A stretch of 64,000 nucleotides of DNA from an uncultured Prevotella sp. (GTDB lineage: Bacteria > Bacteroidota > Bacteroidia > Bacteroidales > Bacteroidaceae): assembly GCA_947170725.1 (NCBI GenBank), contig CAMVUM010000008.1:7466-71465 (forward strand), given 5' to 3'. The notes below the pieces were generated by a model, which did no database searches, was not told the DNA's origin, and worked only from the letters and a program-made list of their open reading frames with translations. Shown piece after piece: positions 28,730 through 37,800 of the stretch. Positions within the stretch are counted from its first letter, which is position 1. Every line of letters begins with the position of its first letter. The translations under genes were made by a program, and so were the position numbers.

Positions 28730-29067
28730 TTGCCTTTATCACGACTTTATGGCTCAGTAGTAAAATTTGCTTCCGTTATTTCTTTAATTAACCCTTGTTT
28801 GAGATTCTCTGCAGGTTGGTGAATGTGTTTTTTGGGGGTATAATTGTCTTTTGTATTATAAGAAAACAGTAGGAATGTTGCCGCTTTATCTTTTGCTTTG
28901 TTGTTTTGTATTTGGATTTATATTTTTGATGGATGGGATGTTATTGTTGTTGGGTCTTGTGATTATGAATTAAGGATTTGGGTGCTTTTTTATTACGAGG
29001 TTTTGTTTTTTGTTATTTTAAAGCAGGTCTGTTGTCTATTCTGAAATTTATTTTGTGTGGCTATTCT

Positions 29068-29104
29068 ATTGTATAACAAAAAAGTTATTGTATAACAAAA
29101 AAGT
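29068..29104. repeat. 19-bp tandem duplication abutting a terminator
   Basis: ATTGTATAACAAAAAAGT occurs at 29068-29085 and again at 29087-29104. Confidence 0.8.
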
Positions 29105-29136
29105 CGCCGGACTGTGTCCGACGACTTTTCTTTTTC
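29097..29136. terminator. Bidirectional terminator (serves the minus-strand small lipoprotein gene)
   Basis: AAAAGTCGCCGGAC / GTCCGACGACTTTT stem (1 mismatch), with an A-run on the left and a T-run on the right. Confidence 0.6.
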
Positions 29137-29161
29137 TCTTTAAGTCCGAGTGTGCAACTGA

Positions 29162-29338
29162 TTATTCAGCAACAGTTGTATCAACAGCGGCAGAGTCAAC
29201 AAGAGCTGAATCAACAACAGCGCTGTCAACAACAACAACAGTGTCAGAATCTACAGGAGCAGCCTGAGTTGTCTTGTTACCACATGATGCGAATGAGATA
29301 GCTACAACAGCTACGAACATAAATACTAATGTCTTCAT
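29162..29338 (-). CDS. 58-aa lipoprotein with a Val/Asp/Ser-rich repetitive mature part (below the ORF-track cutoff)
   Basis: Own translation: MKTLVFMFVAVVAISFASCGNKTTQAAPVDSDTVVVVDSAVVDSALVDSAAVDTTVAE. It has a signal peptide plus lipobox, a -7 box upstream and a terminator downstream. Confidence 0.55.
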   Translation of the reverse strand: MKTLVFMFVAVVAISFASCGNKTTQAAPVDSDTVVVVDSAVVDSALVDSAAVDTTVAE

Positions 29339-29389
29339 TTCTTTTGCTTTTTAAATCTGTAAAACAATCATTTGTTTATTAAAACGTTG

Positions 29390-29397
29390 CAAAGGTA
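29390..29397 (-). promoter_or_regulatory. -7 promoter box (TACCTTTG) for the small lipoprotein gene
   Basis: Exact TAnnTTTG on the minus strand, 52 nt upstream of ATG 29338. Confidence 0.4.
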
Positions 29398-29566
29398 AAC
29401 ATTTTTTTGATACGTTGTGCTATTTTTTATATATTTTTTTGCCCTTGTTTTGTAACTTTTTTGCAAAACACTGTAAATCAACGAATTATGAAGTGTTAAA
29501 AATGCGATTAAGATATGGCTAATGTTATAAATCCGTCGTCAAGGCAGTGTTTTATTAAAAAATGTG

Positions 29567-29574
29567 TACCTTTG
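29567..29574 (+). promoter_or_regulatory. -7 promoter box (TACCTTTG) for mtaB
   Basis: Exact TAnnTTTG, 29 nt upstream of the ATG at 29603. Confidence 0.45.
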
Positions 29575-29602
29575 CGGATGAAATATTCACATTATATATA
29601 AT

Positions 29603-30994
29603 ATGATTGATTCGTCTGCCTTTCATGGCAAGAAAGCGGCCTATTTCACATTAGGTTGCAAACTTAATTTCTCGGAAACATCCACTTTCGGCAAGATGCT
29701 TCAGGAAATGGGAGTGGTCACGGCTGACAAGGGCGAGAAAGCGGATTTGTGTCTTATCAATACTTGCTCAGTTACGGAAGTTGCTGATCATAAATGTCGT
29801 CAAGCCATTCATCGGCTTGTGAGAAGCAATCCGGGAGCTTTTGTCGTAGTTACCGGATGCTATGCCCAGTTGGAAGCAGAGACAGTAGGTAAGATAGAAG
29901 GTGTCAATCTTGTACTTGGAGCCAATGAGAAAGCCAGTCTGATACAGTTTCTTTCAGATGCCTGGAGTGTTAATTTAAATAGGGATGCCCAAACGGCTAT
30001 AAATATCGGTGGACAAAAGCTAACAGCAGATATTTCGTCCGTATGTGCGGTCCATAGAGTCAAGACGAAGGACATCAAGACATTTGCTCCGAGCTGTTCT
30101 CGAGGCAACCGTACACGATATTTCCTGAAAGTGCAGGACGGTTGCGATTATTTCTGTACCTATTGCACAATCCCATACGCTCGCGGTTTCAGCCGCAATC
30201 CGACCATATCGTCGCTCGTCAGTCAGGCCGAGGAGGCTGCCGCCGAGGGCGGAAAGGAAATAGTGTTGACGGGAGTGAACATCGGTGACTTTGGAAAAAC
30301 GACCGGTGAGAGTTTCTTCGATCTCATCAAGGCGCTTGACAGTGTGACCGGAATAAGGCGTTTTCGGATCAGCAGTCTGGAGCCGGATCTGCTCAGCGAC
30401 GAAATTATCGACTACTGTGCGGAGAGCCGGGCGTTTATGCCCCATTTCCATATACCGTTGCAGAGCGGAAGTGACACCATCTTGAAGCTCATGCACCGCC
30501 ATTACGACTGTTCGTTGTTTGCCGACAAGATACGTCGCATCAAGCAGGCCATGCCCGATGCCTTTATCGGTGTTGACGTCATGGTGGGATGTCGTGGTGA
30601 GACTCCGGAGTGCTTTGAGGAGACATTTGAATTCCTTTCCAGGCTTGATGTCACCCAGCTTCACGTCTTTCCTTATTCCGAGCGTCCCGGTACGGCGGCC
30701 TTGAAAATCCCGTATATAGTTGACGACAGGACAAAGAAGGAGCGGAGCCGCCGTCTTCTTGAACTGTCTGACGCAAAGACGCAGGCTTTCTACGAACGTT
30801 TCGTCGGCACGGAAGCGGAAGTTCTGTTCGAGAAAGCGCCGCGCGGGAAAGCTATGCACGGATTCACGCGCAACTATGTGCGTGTCGAGTTGCCGCCAGC
30901 GAAGGCAAGGGAAGAGTACGACAATATGTTGATGAACGTCCGTCTTACGTCGTTCAACCATGACAAGACGGCTTTGATAGCAGAGATATTATGA
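29603..30994 (+). CDS. mtaB: tRNA methylthiotransferase, MtaB-like (radical SAM, UPF0004 N-domain)
   Basis: N-terminal FTLGCKLNFSE...INTCSVT...VTGCY cluster. Radical SAM motif GCDYFCTYC. TRAM-like C-terminus. Confidence 0.85.
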   Translation: MIDSSAFHGKKAAYFTLGCKLNFSETSTFGKMLQEMGVVTADKGEKADLCLINTCSVTEVADHKCRQAIHRLVRSNPGAFVVVTGCYAQLEAETVGKIEGVNLVLGANEKASLIQFLSDAWSVNLNRDAQTAINIGGQKLTADISSVCAVHRVKTKDIKTFAPSCSRGNRTRYFLKVQDGCDYFCTYCTIPYARGFSRNPTISSLVSQAEEAAAEGGKEIVLTGVNIGDFGKTTGESFFDLIKALDSVTGIRRFRISSLEPDLLSDEIIDYCAESRAFMPHFHIPLQSGSDTILKLMHRHYDCSLFADKIRRIKQAMPDAFIGVDVMVGCRGETPECFEETFEFLSRLDVTQLHVFPYSERPGTAALKIPYIVDDRTKKERSRRLLELSDAKTQAFYERFVGTEAEVLFEKAPRGKAMHGFTRNYVRVELPPAKAREEYDNMLMNVRLTSFNHDKTALIAEIL

Positions 30995-32031
30995 AAAAGA
31001 CAGCCATCGTTATCCTCAACTGGAACGGCCGTGAGATGTTGCGCCGTTACCTTCCCTCCGTATTGCGCTATTCAAATGAGGATGCCGAAGTCTATGTAGC
31101 GGATAACGCTTCCACCGATGGCTCCCTTGATATGCTGCGCCGGGAGTTTTCCGCCTGTCGTCTGATAGAGCTTGACCGTAACTGGGGATTTGCCGAAGGT
31201 TATAACAAAGCCCTCGCTCAGGTAGATGCGGAATATTATCTTCTGCTCAATTCCGACATAGAAGTGACCCACCATTGGCTCACCCCCATGATTGAGTTCA
31301 TGGACAACCACCCCGAGGTGGCTGCTTGTCAGCCCAAGCTCCTGTCTATGGCCGACCGTGACTGTTTTGAATATGCCGGAGCGAGTGGGGGACTGATTGA
31401 CCGCTACGGATATCCGTTCTGCCGCGGACGCATCTTCGACACTGTCGAGCGCGATAACGGCCAGTATGACTACCAGCAGGAAATTTTGTGGGCTACGGGT
31501 GCCGCCCTGATGATACGTTCGGCGGACTATTGGGCCGTTGGCGGGCTTGACGGGCGCTTTTTCGCCCATAACGAAGAGATAGACCTGTGCTGGCGTCTCG
31601 GTATAATAGGGCGGAAAGTCTGCTGCATACCGGAGACCTGCGTGTTTCATGTTGGCGGCGGAACCCTTCCCAAAAGCAATCCGATGAAGACATACCTCAA
31701 CTTCCGCAATAATCTGACCATGCTTTACAAATGTCTGCCGGATGAGGAGTTGCCCCATGTCATGCGAATGAGATGGTTTCTCGATTATCTTGCCGCCTTC
31801 GAGATGTTGGTGTTGAAGCGCAGTTGGGGAGATTTCAAGGCTGTATTCCGTGCACGCCATGCCTTCCGGAAGTGGAAGCATGAGTTCCGTGCGGACCGTG
31901 AAGCAATACAGAAAAGCCGTGTAGTCAGCGAAGTCGTAGGGTATTGCCGATTCTCGATACTCTGGCAGTATTACGTGAAAGGCAAGAAGGTGTATTCGGA
32001 GCTGTTACCGAAAGCTCTCGGCGGACAATAA
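30991..32031 (+). CDS. Glycosyltransferase family 2 protein
   Basis: IVILNWNG...DNASTDGS...LLNSDIEV GT-A fold motifs. ATGA overlap with the mtaB stop. Confidence 0.85.
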   Translation: MKKTAIVILNWNGREMLRRYLPSVLRYSNEDAEVYVADNASTDGSLDMLRREFSACRLIELDRNWGFAEGYNKALAQVDAEYYLLLNSDIEVTHHWLTPMIEFMDNHPEVAACQPKLLSMADRDCFEYAGASGGLIDRYGYPFCRGRIFDTVERDNGQYDYQQEILWATGAALMIRSADYWAVGGLDGRFFAHNEEIDLCWRLGIIGRKVCCIPETCVFHVGGGTLPKSNPMKTYLNFRNNLTMLYKCLPDEELPHVMRMRWFLDYLAAFEMLVLKRSWGDFKAVFRARHAFRKWKHEFRADREAIQKSRVVSEVVGYCRFSILWQYYVKGKKVYSELLPKALGGQ

Positions 32032-32205
32032 GTTAACCAACGAGCGTCAGATACCAGGTCAGCCACACTGATAAGTATCAGCCATAATTAATTTAATGAT
32101 GTAAACGCCCAATAGCCAAAGTATTATTATGATAGAAAGAATATCACAAATATACGCATTACGTTTACATTATATAAACTAAGCTATCGGTATCTACTAA
32201 AAAAT

Positions 32206-32288
32206 ATCCGGAACGAACAACAGACGGAGGCGCAGAGAATGACATTGTGATTGTTTCTCTACACCTCCGTCTGTTGTTCGTTCCGGAT
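32206..32288. terminator. Bidirectional terminator with a 25-bp perfect stem between convergent genes
   Basis: ATCCGGAACGAACAACAGACGGAGG (32206-32230) pairs with its exact complement at 32264-32288. Flanked by AAAA on the left and TTATTTTTT on the right. Confidence 0.7.
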
Positions 32289-32319
32289 TATTTTTTCCGT
32301 TCAGAGAGTGCGTTCCGGA

Positions 32320-33546
32320 TTATTCGATGACCACCGGATTGTTCAGTTCTTCCTTCCATTCCTTCAGATACTCAAACCATTCCTTGGCACTGTGGTATCC
32401 AAATTCCTCGTTATCCGATCCGAACGTGATATTATAGTGAAGCTCATCTGTCGCATTGCCGACAACGAAAGGATAGTTGTCCTTGTTGGCGGGCAGTTCG
32501 CTGACGATATTCTTTGCCGGTATGCAGATTCCGAGGCCCACGGTTTCGCGCTTGTGGCCGGCAGAGTCTTTTTCCGATACGGGCCAGTCCGTGCCCCAGC
32601 ATCCGCGCAGACCCTTCTTGTCGGATAGCTCCTCAGAGTTCTTGACGTTAATGATTCCCGTTGCAAACTGGTAGTCTGGAACAGCCTTGTTGAACTTCAC
32701 GTCCACGAAGCAGTCGCGACGGCCGGCATACAGAGTATAGCGGGCGGCCATGTCGATTTTCTCCCGTCCGGCGTTCATTGTGTTCCAGCCCTCGTCAATC
32801 ACCTCGACGATAGTGCGCAGCGGACCGCGTGAGACGATGCGCAGCGTGCGGTGGTCAACGTCCTTGAGCATCTGTGGGGCCGTTCCGTCCCATCCGCGCA
32901 GCGCTCCCAGACCAAATGTCTCGCCGACCCACAGCACGTCGTCGCCATAGCCGGCCGCCTTTTGGTCTTTGTCGGGATAAAACTGCGTGTCCTTGATCTC
33001 CAGTCCCTTGCGATACTTTCCGTATGTGTCGACCGTCTGACGATGGTCAAAGTAGATGCGGTAGGCCACCATGTCGTTCTCAAATGCCGGACCGTGGTGG
33101 TGGAGCATCCAATATGGGTTTGTTCCGTTGTCCACCGTCAGGCTGCTGATGTAGAGGTTTTGCTTGTTTGAGCTCTTGATTTTCTTGTTCGACATCATCA
33201 TTTCAGCATAAACCTGCGGCTCGTATTTGCGTGGCTTGCCTGTCGGCAACAGCTCTACGCTGAACGTCCGGCGGCCTTTTTTCTCCATGTCCGTCATGAA
33301 ACAAAGTTCGTCAAACGTGCCGTCGCCGTCAAGGTCGTCGAGCTGTGACGGAATTTCCTTGCCGTCGCATGTCACCACGGCACTTCTCACCTCCATGCCG
33401 CCATAGTTCTTCAACTGCAATACAACCGGCACGGCCTTGCGTTCGGTTTTCGCCTTGTTAGTCACGTTAACGCTGAAAGTCTTCTGCGCCACAGCCGCCT
33501 GACCGACGGCAGCAAGCAGAAGCATCGACATAAATTCCTTTTTCAT
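32320..33546 (-). CDS. DUF4861 domain-containing secreted protein
   Basis: Signal peptide MKKEFMSMLLLAAVGQAAVAQ. An N-terminal beta domain with DDLDGDGTFDE, followed by a large domain, as in the Bacteroides DUF4861 family often found in pectin/uronate loci. Family recalled from memory. Confidence 0.75.
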   Translation of the reverse strand: MKKEFMSMLLLAAVGQAAVAQKTFSVNVTNKAKTERKAVPVVLQLKNYGGMEVRSAVVTCDGKEIPSQLDDLDGDGTFDELCFMTDMEKKGRRTFSVELLPTGKPRKYEPQVYAEMMMSNKKIKSSNKQNLYISSLTVDNGTNPYWMLHHHGPAFENDMVAYRIYFDHRQTVDTYGKYRKGLEIKDTQFYPDKDQKAAGYGDDVLWVGETFGLGALRGWDGTAPQMLKDVDHRTLRIVSRGPLRTIVEVIDEGWNTMNAGREKIDMAARYTLYAGRRDCFVDVKFNKAVPDYQFATGIINVKNSEELSDKKGLRGCWGTDWPVSEKDSAGHKRETVGLGICIPAKNIVSELPANKDNYPFVVGNATDELHYNITFGSDNEEFGYHSAKEWFEYLKEWKEELNNPVVIE

Positions 33547-33603
33547 CTTTTCTATGTACCTAAAAAATTTTTTATTTGTTTTATAGTTAGCTTTCCGATT
33601 CCA

Positions 33604-33611
33604 CAAAGTTA
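33604..33611 (-). promoter_or_regulatory. -7 promoter box (TAACTTTG) for the DUF4861 gene
   Basis: Exact TAnnTTTG on the minus strand, 58 nt upstream of ATG 33546. Confidence 0.45.
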
Positions 33612-33882
33612 CGGAAAATAGCCCAAACGGCGGCTTTTTTCCCGTCAAATAACGTTCTGTTTCACATCTTTTGTCTTTACTGGCATCTCCAGTAACTACT
33701 CAGCTGTTTGCCTGATTGAAATTCAGTTCCGTGTAGTGAACCCAAGTGCATTCGGAATTCGGAATGTCGGTTGTCGGTATAGACTGTAGGGATGCATCCT
33801 GGTGCATCCCTATGAATTAAGGTGTAGTCTCACAGTGATAATATATGTCACGATAGCTGAATAGTTGTCATCTCAATCGGGC

Positions 33883-34818
33883 TTATCCGGCCGTGAGCTT
33901 TGCGCCCTGTCTGATGCCCTCACGTTTCAGGCGGTTGACCAGCAGATTGGTGAACTCATGGTTTTTCAGCCCCCACTGCGGTGCAACGAGCATGTCTTTC
34001 GGCGCTTGCGAGACAAAGCGTTCAAGGACAAGGTCCGTCCGAAGATGCTGTATATACTCACAGATAAGGTCTATGTATTCGTCTACCGTATAGACATGGA
34101 ACGGTTCGTGGTTGTATATCTCTGCCAGCCGTGTGCCCCGTATTACCTGCATCTGATGGATTTTCAGCATGTCCAGCGGCAGTGATGAGATGATGTCCGC
34201 TTGCCTGATGCTCTCCCGTGCGTCTTCTCCAGGCAGTCCGAGAATGATGTGGCCGCCGGTGAGGATTCCGCGCGCGGCCGTCCGTTCCACGGTCTGACGG
34301 GCGCAGAGGAACGAGTGTCCTCGGTTTATGCGTCGCAGGGTCTCGTCGTTGGCCGTCTCGATGCCGTATTCAACGATGAGGAACGTCCGGCGGTTGAGTT
34401 CCTCCAGATAGTCAAGCAGCTCGTCCGGCATACAGTCCGGACGTGTGCCGATGGCCAGTCCGACAACGTCGTCGGTCTTTAATGCCTCTTCGTACAAATC
34501 CTTTAGTGCCTCAACGGAAGCATACGTGTTTGTATAAGCTTGAAAATAAGCGATATATTTCATGTCGCTATACTTTCGTGCGAAGAATGTCTTGCCCTCC
34601 TCAATCTGCTGGCGTATGGTCTTCGCACCGCCGCAATAAGACGGATTGAAAGTTCGGTTGTCGCAGTAGATGCATCCTCCGTGTCCGATCCGGCCGTCAC
34701 GATTGGGGCAGGAAAAACCTGCGTCGACCGAAATTTTCTGCACCCTGAACGGGAAGCGTGAGCGAATCCATCTGCCGTAGTCGTTGTACGGAAAATCGTT
34801 TATGTTGTCCGGTGTCAT
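33883..34818 (-). CDS. TIGR01212-family radical SAM protein
   Basis: FSCPNRDGRIGHGGCIYC cluster near the N-terminus. Length 311 aa, typical of the family. Confidence 0.88.
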   Translation of the reverse strand: MTPDNINDFPYNDYGRWIRSRFPFRVQKISVDAGFSCPNRDGRIGHGGCIYCDNRTFNPSYCGGAKTIRQQIEEGKTFFARKYSDMKYIAYFQAYTNTYASVEALKDLYEEALKTDDVVGLAIGTRPDCMPDELLDYLEELNRRTFLIVEYGIETANDETLRRINRGHSFLCARQTVERTAARGILTGGHIILGLPGEDARESIRQADIISSLPLDMLKIHQMQVIRGTRLAEIYNHEPFHVYTVDEYIDLICEYIQHLRTDLVLERFVSQAPKDMLVAPQWGLKNHEFTNLLVNRLKREGIRQGAKLTAG

Positions 34819-34885
34819 GATGTCATTAGTTCTGAATTTCTCTTCCGGCGGCGGGCTGCATGTCCGTAGGTTCGCCGCATATCTG

Positions 34886-34893
34886 CAAAATTA
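34886..34893 (-). promoter_or_regulatory. -7 promoter box (TAATTTTG) for the radical SAM gene
   Basis: Exact TAnnTTTG on the minus strand, 68 nt upstream of ATG 34818. Confidence 0.4.
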
Positions 34894-35298
34894 CACAAAA
34901 ACTCCGTGACTTCGGCTGCAGATGCATAAAAAGTATCGTGAATCGGCAGGATAATAATCGGTTCATCAGTAATTTGGAGTTATAATGTGTTCACACTATA
35001 AATACATGCAGCATGCTCCTCCATAAGGACATAGTCTTGTCTTTGCCAGCAAGCTGTATGCTGATATCAAATGTTTTGATTGCAGACAAATACAAGGATA
35101 TGTGTCCCTACGGAAGAAACAACATCGTGGGAGTTCTGCTGCAACATATTGACAACTTGACTGTGGCTGCAAATCCGCTACGTCTTGTTATAATATTCCG
35201 AATGGCCATGATTCGCAAACTTCTGATTTTTATCCTTACAAAACCGCATCATACAAAATATCCGTTTTAGCTCATTTTCGGGGCATTCAAATACCAAT

Positions 35299-35553
35299 AA
35301 GACCCTTACGACAACCTCCTGCCATGCGCCAACTCGCCGGTTTTTGCCCCGTCATGATGCCGTAAGGCCCTTGCGGCTTTCCCAGAACGCAATTCCTCAT
35401 CATTTTCAGAGCCTTGTTTTTGTCCTGAAAAGCTACTGTTTTCCAGCCGTGAGGCCCTCCCGAGGTCGCAACGGAGCTGCTATTGTGATGCAACGGAGAC
35501 CCTGTTGCAATGCCGTAAGGCCCTCCCCGCATCGTCATAAGGCCCTTACGGCA
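35299..35553. repeat. Cluster of CGTAAGG(G)CC-type palindromic repeats (family copy B, opposite orientation to copy A)
   Basis: Five CGTAAGG/CCTTACG cores at about 35304, 35361, 35449 (variant CGTGAGG), 35513 and 35544. The 10-bp hairpin TGCCGTAAGG...CCTTACGGCA spans 35510-35553. GCAAC-ggagaccct-GTTGC hairpin at 35489-35507. Confidence 0.6.
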
Positions 35554-36226
35554 AGCCCGTCGCAGTTCCCCGGAAAAAACATACAATTGCTATCGTTTGT
35601 AAGTAGCTGTAAATAAGGATATTATTAATCGTGTAAAAATATCATCATAAAAATCGCTGAAATCTGATGCATTCATGCTTGCGATATTTGAGCCCGCTTC
35701 CGCAATTTTTTGAAAAGTCTCCATTCTCGTCGGCCTTAGATTCGGAATTTTAATTACGAACGTTTCAATGCCTTGCCACTGGAATGACAGGGTTTTTCAT
35801 TATTTTTTTGTTGTATATAAAGATGTATAACATAGGCATGGATAGATGTCCTGCGATGAAAAACAAAAGAAAATCCAAATGGAGAACTATACATCATCAT
35901 CATATCGTTGCTCCATTGGGATTCTGGAAATGTCGGTTATGTAAATCCGCAATTCTGCGACCCAACACATGTCTGATGTCCTTGGTAAAGTATTACACCT
36001 TGGCATGATTTCCATGTGTTAAGTGTCTACGGTCGTGTGGACCATACGGGATTGTAAGAAGGTAGAAAATACGATGTATTTCACATTCAATATAAAGATT
36101 TAAAGAACGAGAGTTCTTGTTATGATTATGACGTGAATACATTGGGAGAATGCTGTGCTTTCAACTTTAAATCTTTAACTTTCAACCTTTTTCCGCCGTT
36201 GGTGGTGTTATGAAAAAATAAATCAT

Positions 36227-36234
36227 TATCTTTG
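36227..36234 (+). promoter_or_regulatory. -7 promoter box (TATCTTTG) for mazG
   Basis: Exact TAnnTTTG, 20 nt upstream of the ATG at 36254. Confidence 0.45.
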
Positions 36235-36253
36235 CATTGATTAAACACAGAAT

Positions 36254-37123
36254 ATGCACACTAAAGAAGAGAAAATGGAAGCGTTCGGGCGTTTGCTCGA
36301 TGTGCTTGACGAGTTGCGGGAGAAGTGTCCGTGGGACCGGAAGCAGACCAACGAGAGTCTGAGGCCCAACACGATAGAGGAAGTCTACGAGTTGTGTGAC
36401 GCCCTGATGAAGAACGACCGTGACGATATATGTAAGGAGCTTGGAGACGTCTTGCTCCATATCTGTTTCTATGCGAAGATAGGGTCGGAGAGCGGACAGT
36501 TTGATATAGCTGACGTTTGCCGGAAACTGACCGACAAACTCATATTCCGTCATCCGCACGTATATCATCCGTCTCAGATCGGAGCAAAAGACCCGAAGCC
36601 GCTGCCATACGGAGAGGACTGTAGTAACGATGGTGACGACGGCATGCAGAAGGCAAGCACGGCACAGCAGGTTATTGAAAACTGGGAACAGATAAAGCTG
36701 AAGGAAAAGGACGGAAACAAGAGCGTGCTGGCAGGAGTGCCCGACGCTTTGCCCGCGCTGATAAAGGCTTATCGCGTTCAGGACAAGGCGCGCAATGTCG
36801 GTTTCGACTGGGAGGACAAGCATGACGTTTGGGCGAAAGTCCGTGAGGAACTTGGCGAGCTGGAGACGGAACTGCGCCGTGAGGACAAGGAACGTTCAAT
36901 GGAGGAGTTTGGCGATTTTCTTTTCAGTGTGATAAATGCCGGCCGGCTTTATCATCTCAATCCAGACACAGCGCTGGAGATGACAAACCGGAAGTTTATC
37001 CGCCGGTTCAACTATATCGAGGAGCACAGCATAAAGATTGGCCGGCCGCTGAAGGATATGACCCTCGGAGAGATGGACGAGCTTTGGAACGAGGCCAAGG
37101 CGGCAGAAAAAGAAACGGAGTGA
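36254..37123 (+). CDS. mazG: Nucleoside triphosphate pyrophosphohydrolase MazG (tandem MazG domains)
   Basis: EExxE-type motifs appear in both halves: IEEVYELCDAL...ELGDVLLH, then VREELGELETEL...EEFGDFLFS. Confidence 0.9.
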   Translation: MHTKEEKMEAFGRLLDVLDELREKCPWDRKQTNESLRPNTIEEVYELCDALMKNDRDDICKELGDVLLHICFYAKIGSESGQFDIADVCRKLTDKLIFRHPHVYHPSQIGAKDPKPLPYGEDCSNDGDDGMQKASTAQQVIENWEQIKLKEKDGNKSVLAGVPDALPALIKAYRVQDKARNVGFDWEDKHDVWAKVREELGELETELRREDKERSMEEFGDFLFSVINAGRLYHLNPDTALEMTNRKFIRRFNYIEEHSIKIGRPLKDMTLGEMDELWNEAKAAEKETE

Positions 37124-37145
37124 CACATTTATTATATATACAGCT

Positions 37146-37745
37146 ATGAAGAAATTGGAACTGGCCGGAATCGTGGCCGTCTGCGGATTGACGGCTGCCT
37201 GCGGCAATAAGGCTCAACAGGTCGCACCCACGGATGGTGCCGACACGACGGTAGTGGTGGTCAATCAGAACCGGACGGTGTTCGGCATTTGCGGTGACGG
37301 TTCGGCCATGAACACAATTCAGCTCATCACTGACAGTGGCGACACGCTGTCGCTCGATGTCTCTGAGGCTCGTGAGAACGATAAGGTGTTCGGCGGATAT
37401 GGCAGCGGCGACAAGATGGCCGTGCTCGTCAATGAGGATAAGACCGGGGCCGAGCTGGTCGTCAACGAGAGCACGCTGCTTGGCAGTTGGGTCATGCCTA
37501 ACCCGATAGACGGCAGTTCTATTGTCGGAATAGCCCTGAAAGACGGTGGTATCGCAGAGAGCATCGACCAGAGTACGATTGTCTACAGGACGTGGAGAAT
37601 TGTTGACGGACGTATCGAGATACAGTCGATGCGCGAAGGTGGCGGCGACGAAGAGGAAACAAACGTCTATGACCTCGTGAAGCTGGACGCCGACTCGCTG
37701 ATTTACAAGAACGAGGAAGACTTGTTCGAGTACGGCCGGCAATGA
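37146..37745 (+). CDS. Lipocalin-like lipoprotein of unknown function
   Basis: Lipobox LTAACG. LLGSWVMPNP motif typical of Bacteroides lipocalin-like domain proteins. Confidence 0.7.
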   Translation: MKKLELAGIVAVCGLTAACGNKAQQVAPTDGADTTVVVVNQNRTVFGICGDGSAMNTIQLITDSGDTLSLDVSEARENDKVFGGYGSGDKMAVLVNEDKTGAELVVNESTLLGSWVMPNPIDGSSIVGIALKDGGIAESIDQSTIVYRTWRIVDGRIEIQSMREGGGDEEETNVYDLVKLDADSLIYKNEEDLFEYGRQ

Positions 37746-37800
37746 CAGCCTGAGAATGAACCGGATTCAGAAACGTTTGCAATAAGACCGATAGGATAGG

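Noticed and set aside
28875-28973. 32-aa very hydrophobic ORF (MLPLYLLLCCFVFGFIFLMDGMLLLLGLVIMN), considered as a type I toxin-like peptide
   Set aside because: Any frame of a T/G-rich tract translates to Phe, Leu, Val, Gly and Cys. There is no promoter box, no antisense RNA signature and no way to test conservation here.
30020-31881. 313-aa and 269-aa minus-strand ORFs
   Set aside because: Antisense to mtaB and the GT2 gene. Shadow frames.
35287-35616. 99-aa (-) and 90-aa (+) ORFs with repeated GPYGI.TG / RKGL peptides
   Set aside because: The peptide repeats simply mirror the DNA-level CGTAAGGCC repeats in both orientations. There is no promoter or start context.
36254-37123. mazG as a hint of a mazEF toxin-antitoxin locus
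   Set aside because: No mazE- or mazF-like small ORFs are adjacent. Stand-alone MazG pyrophosphohydrolase is a housekeeping gene.
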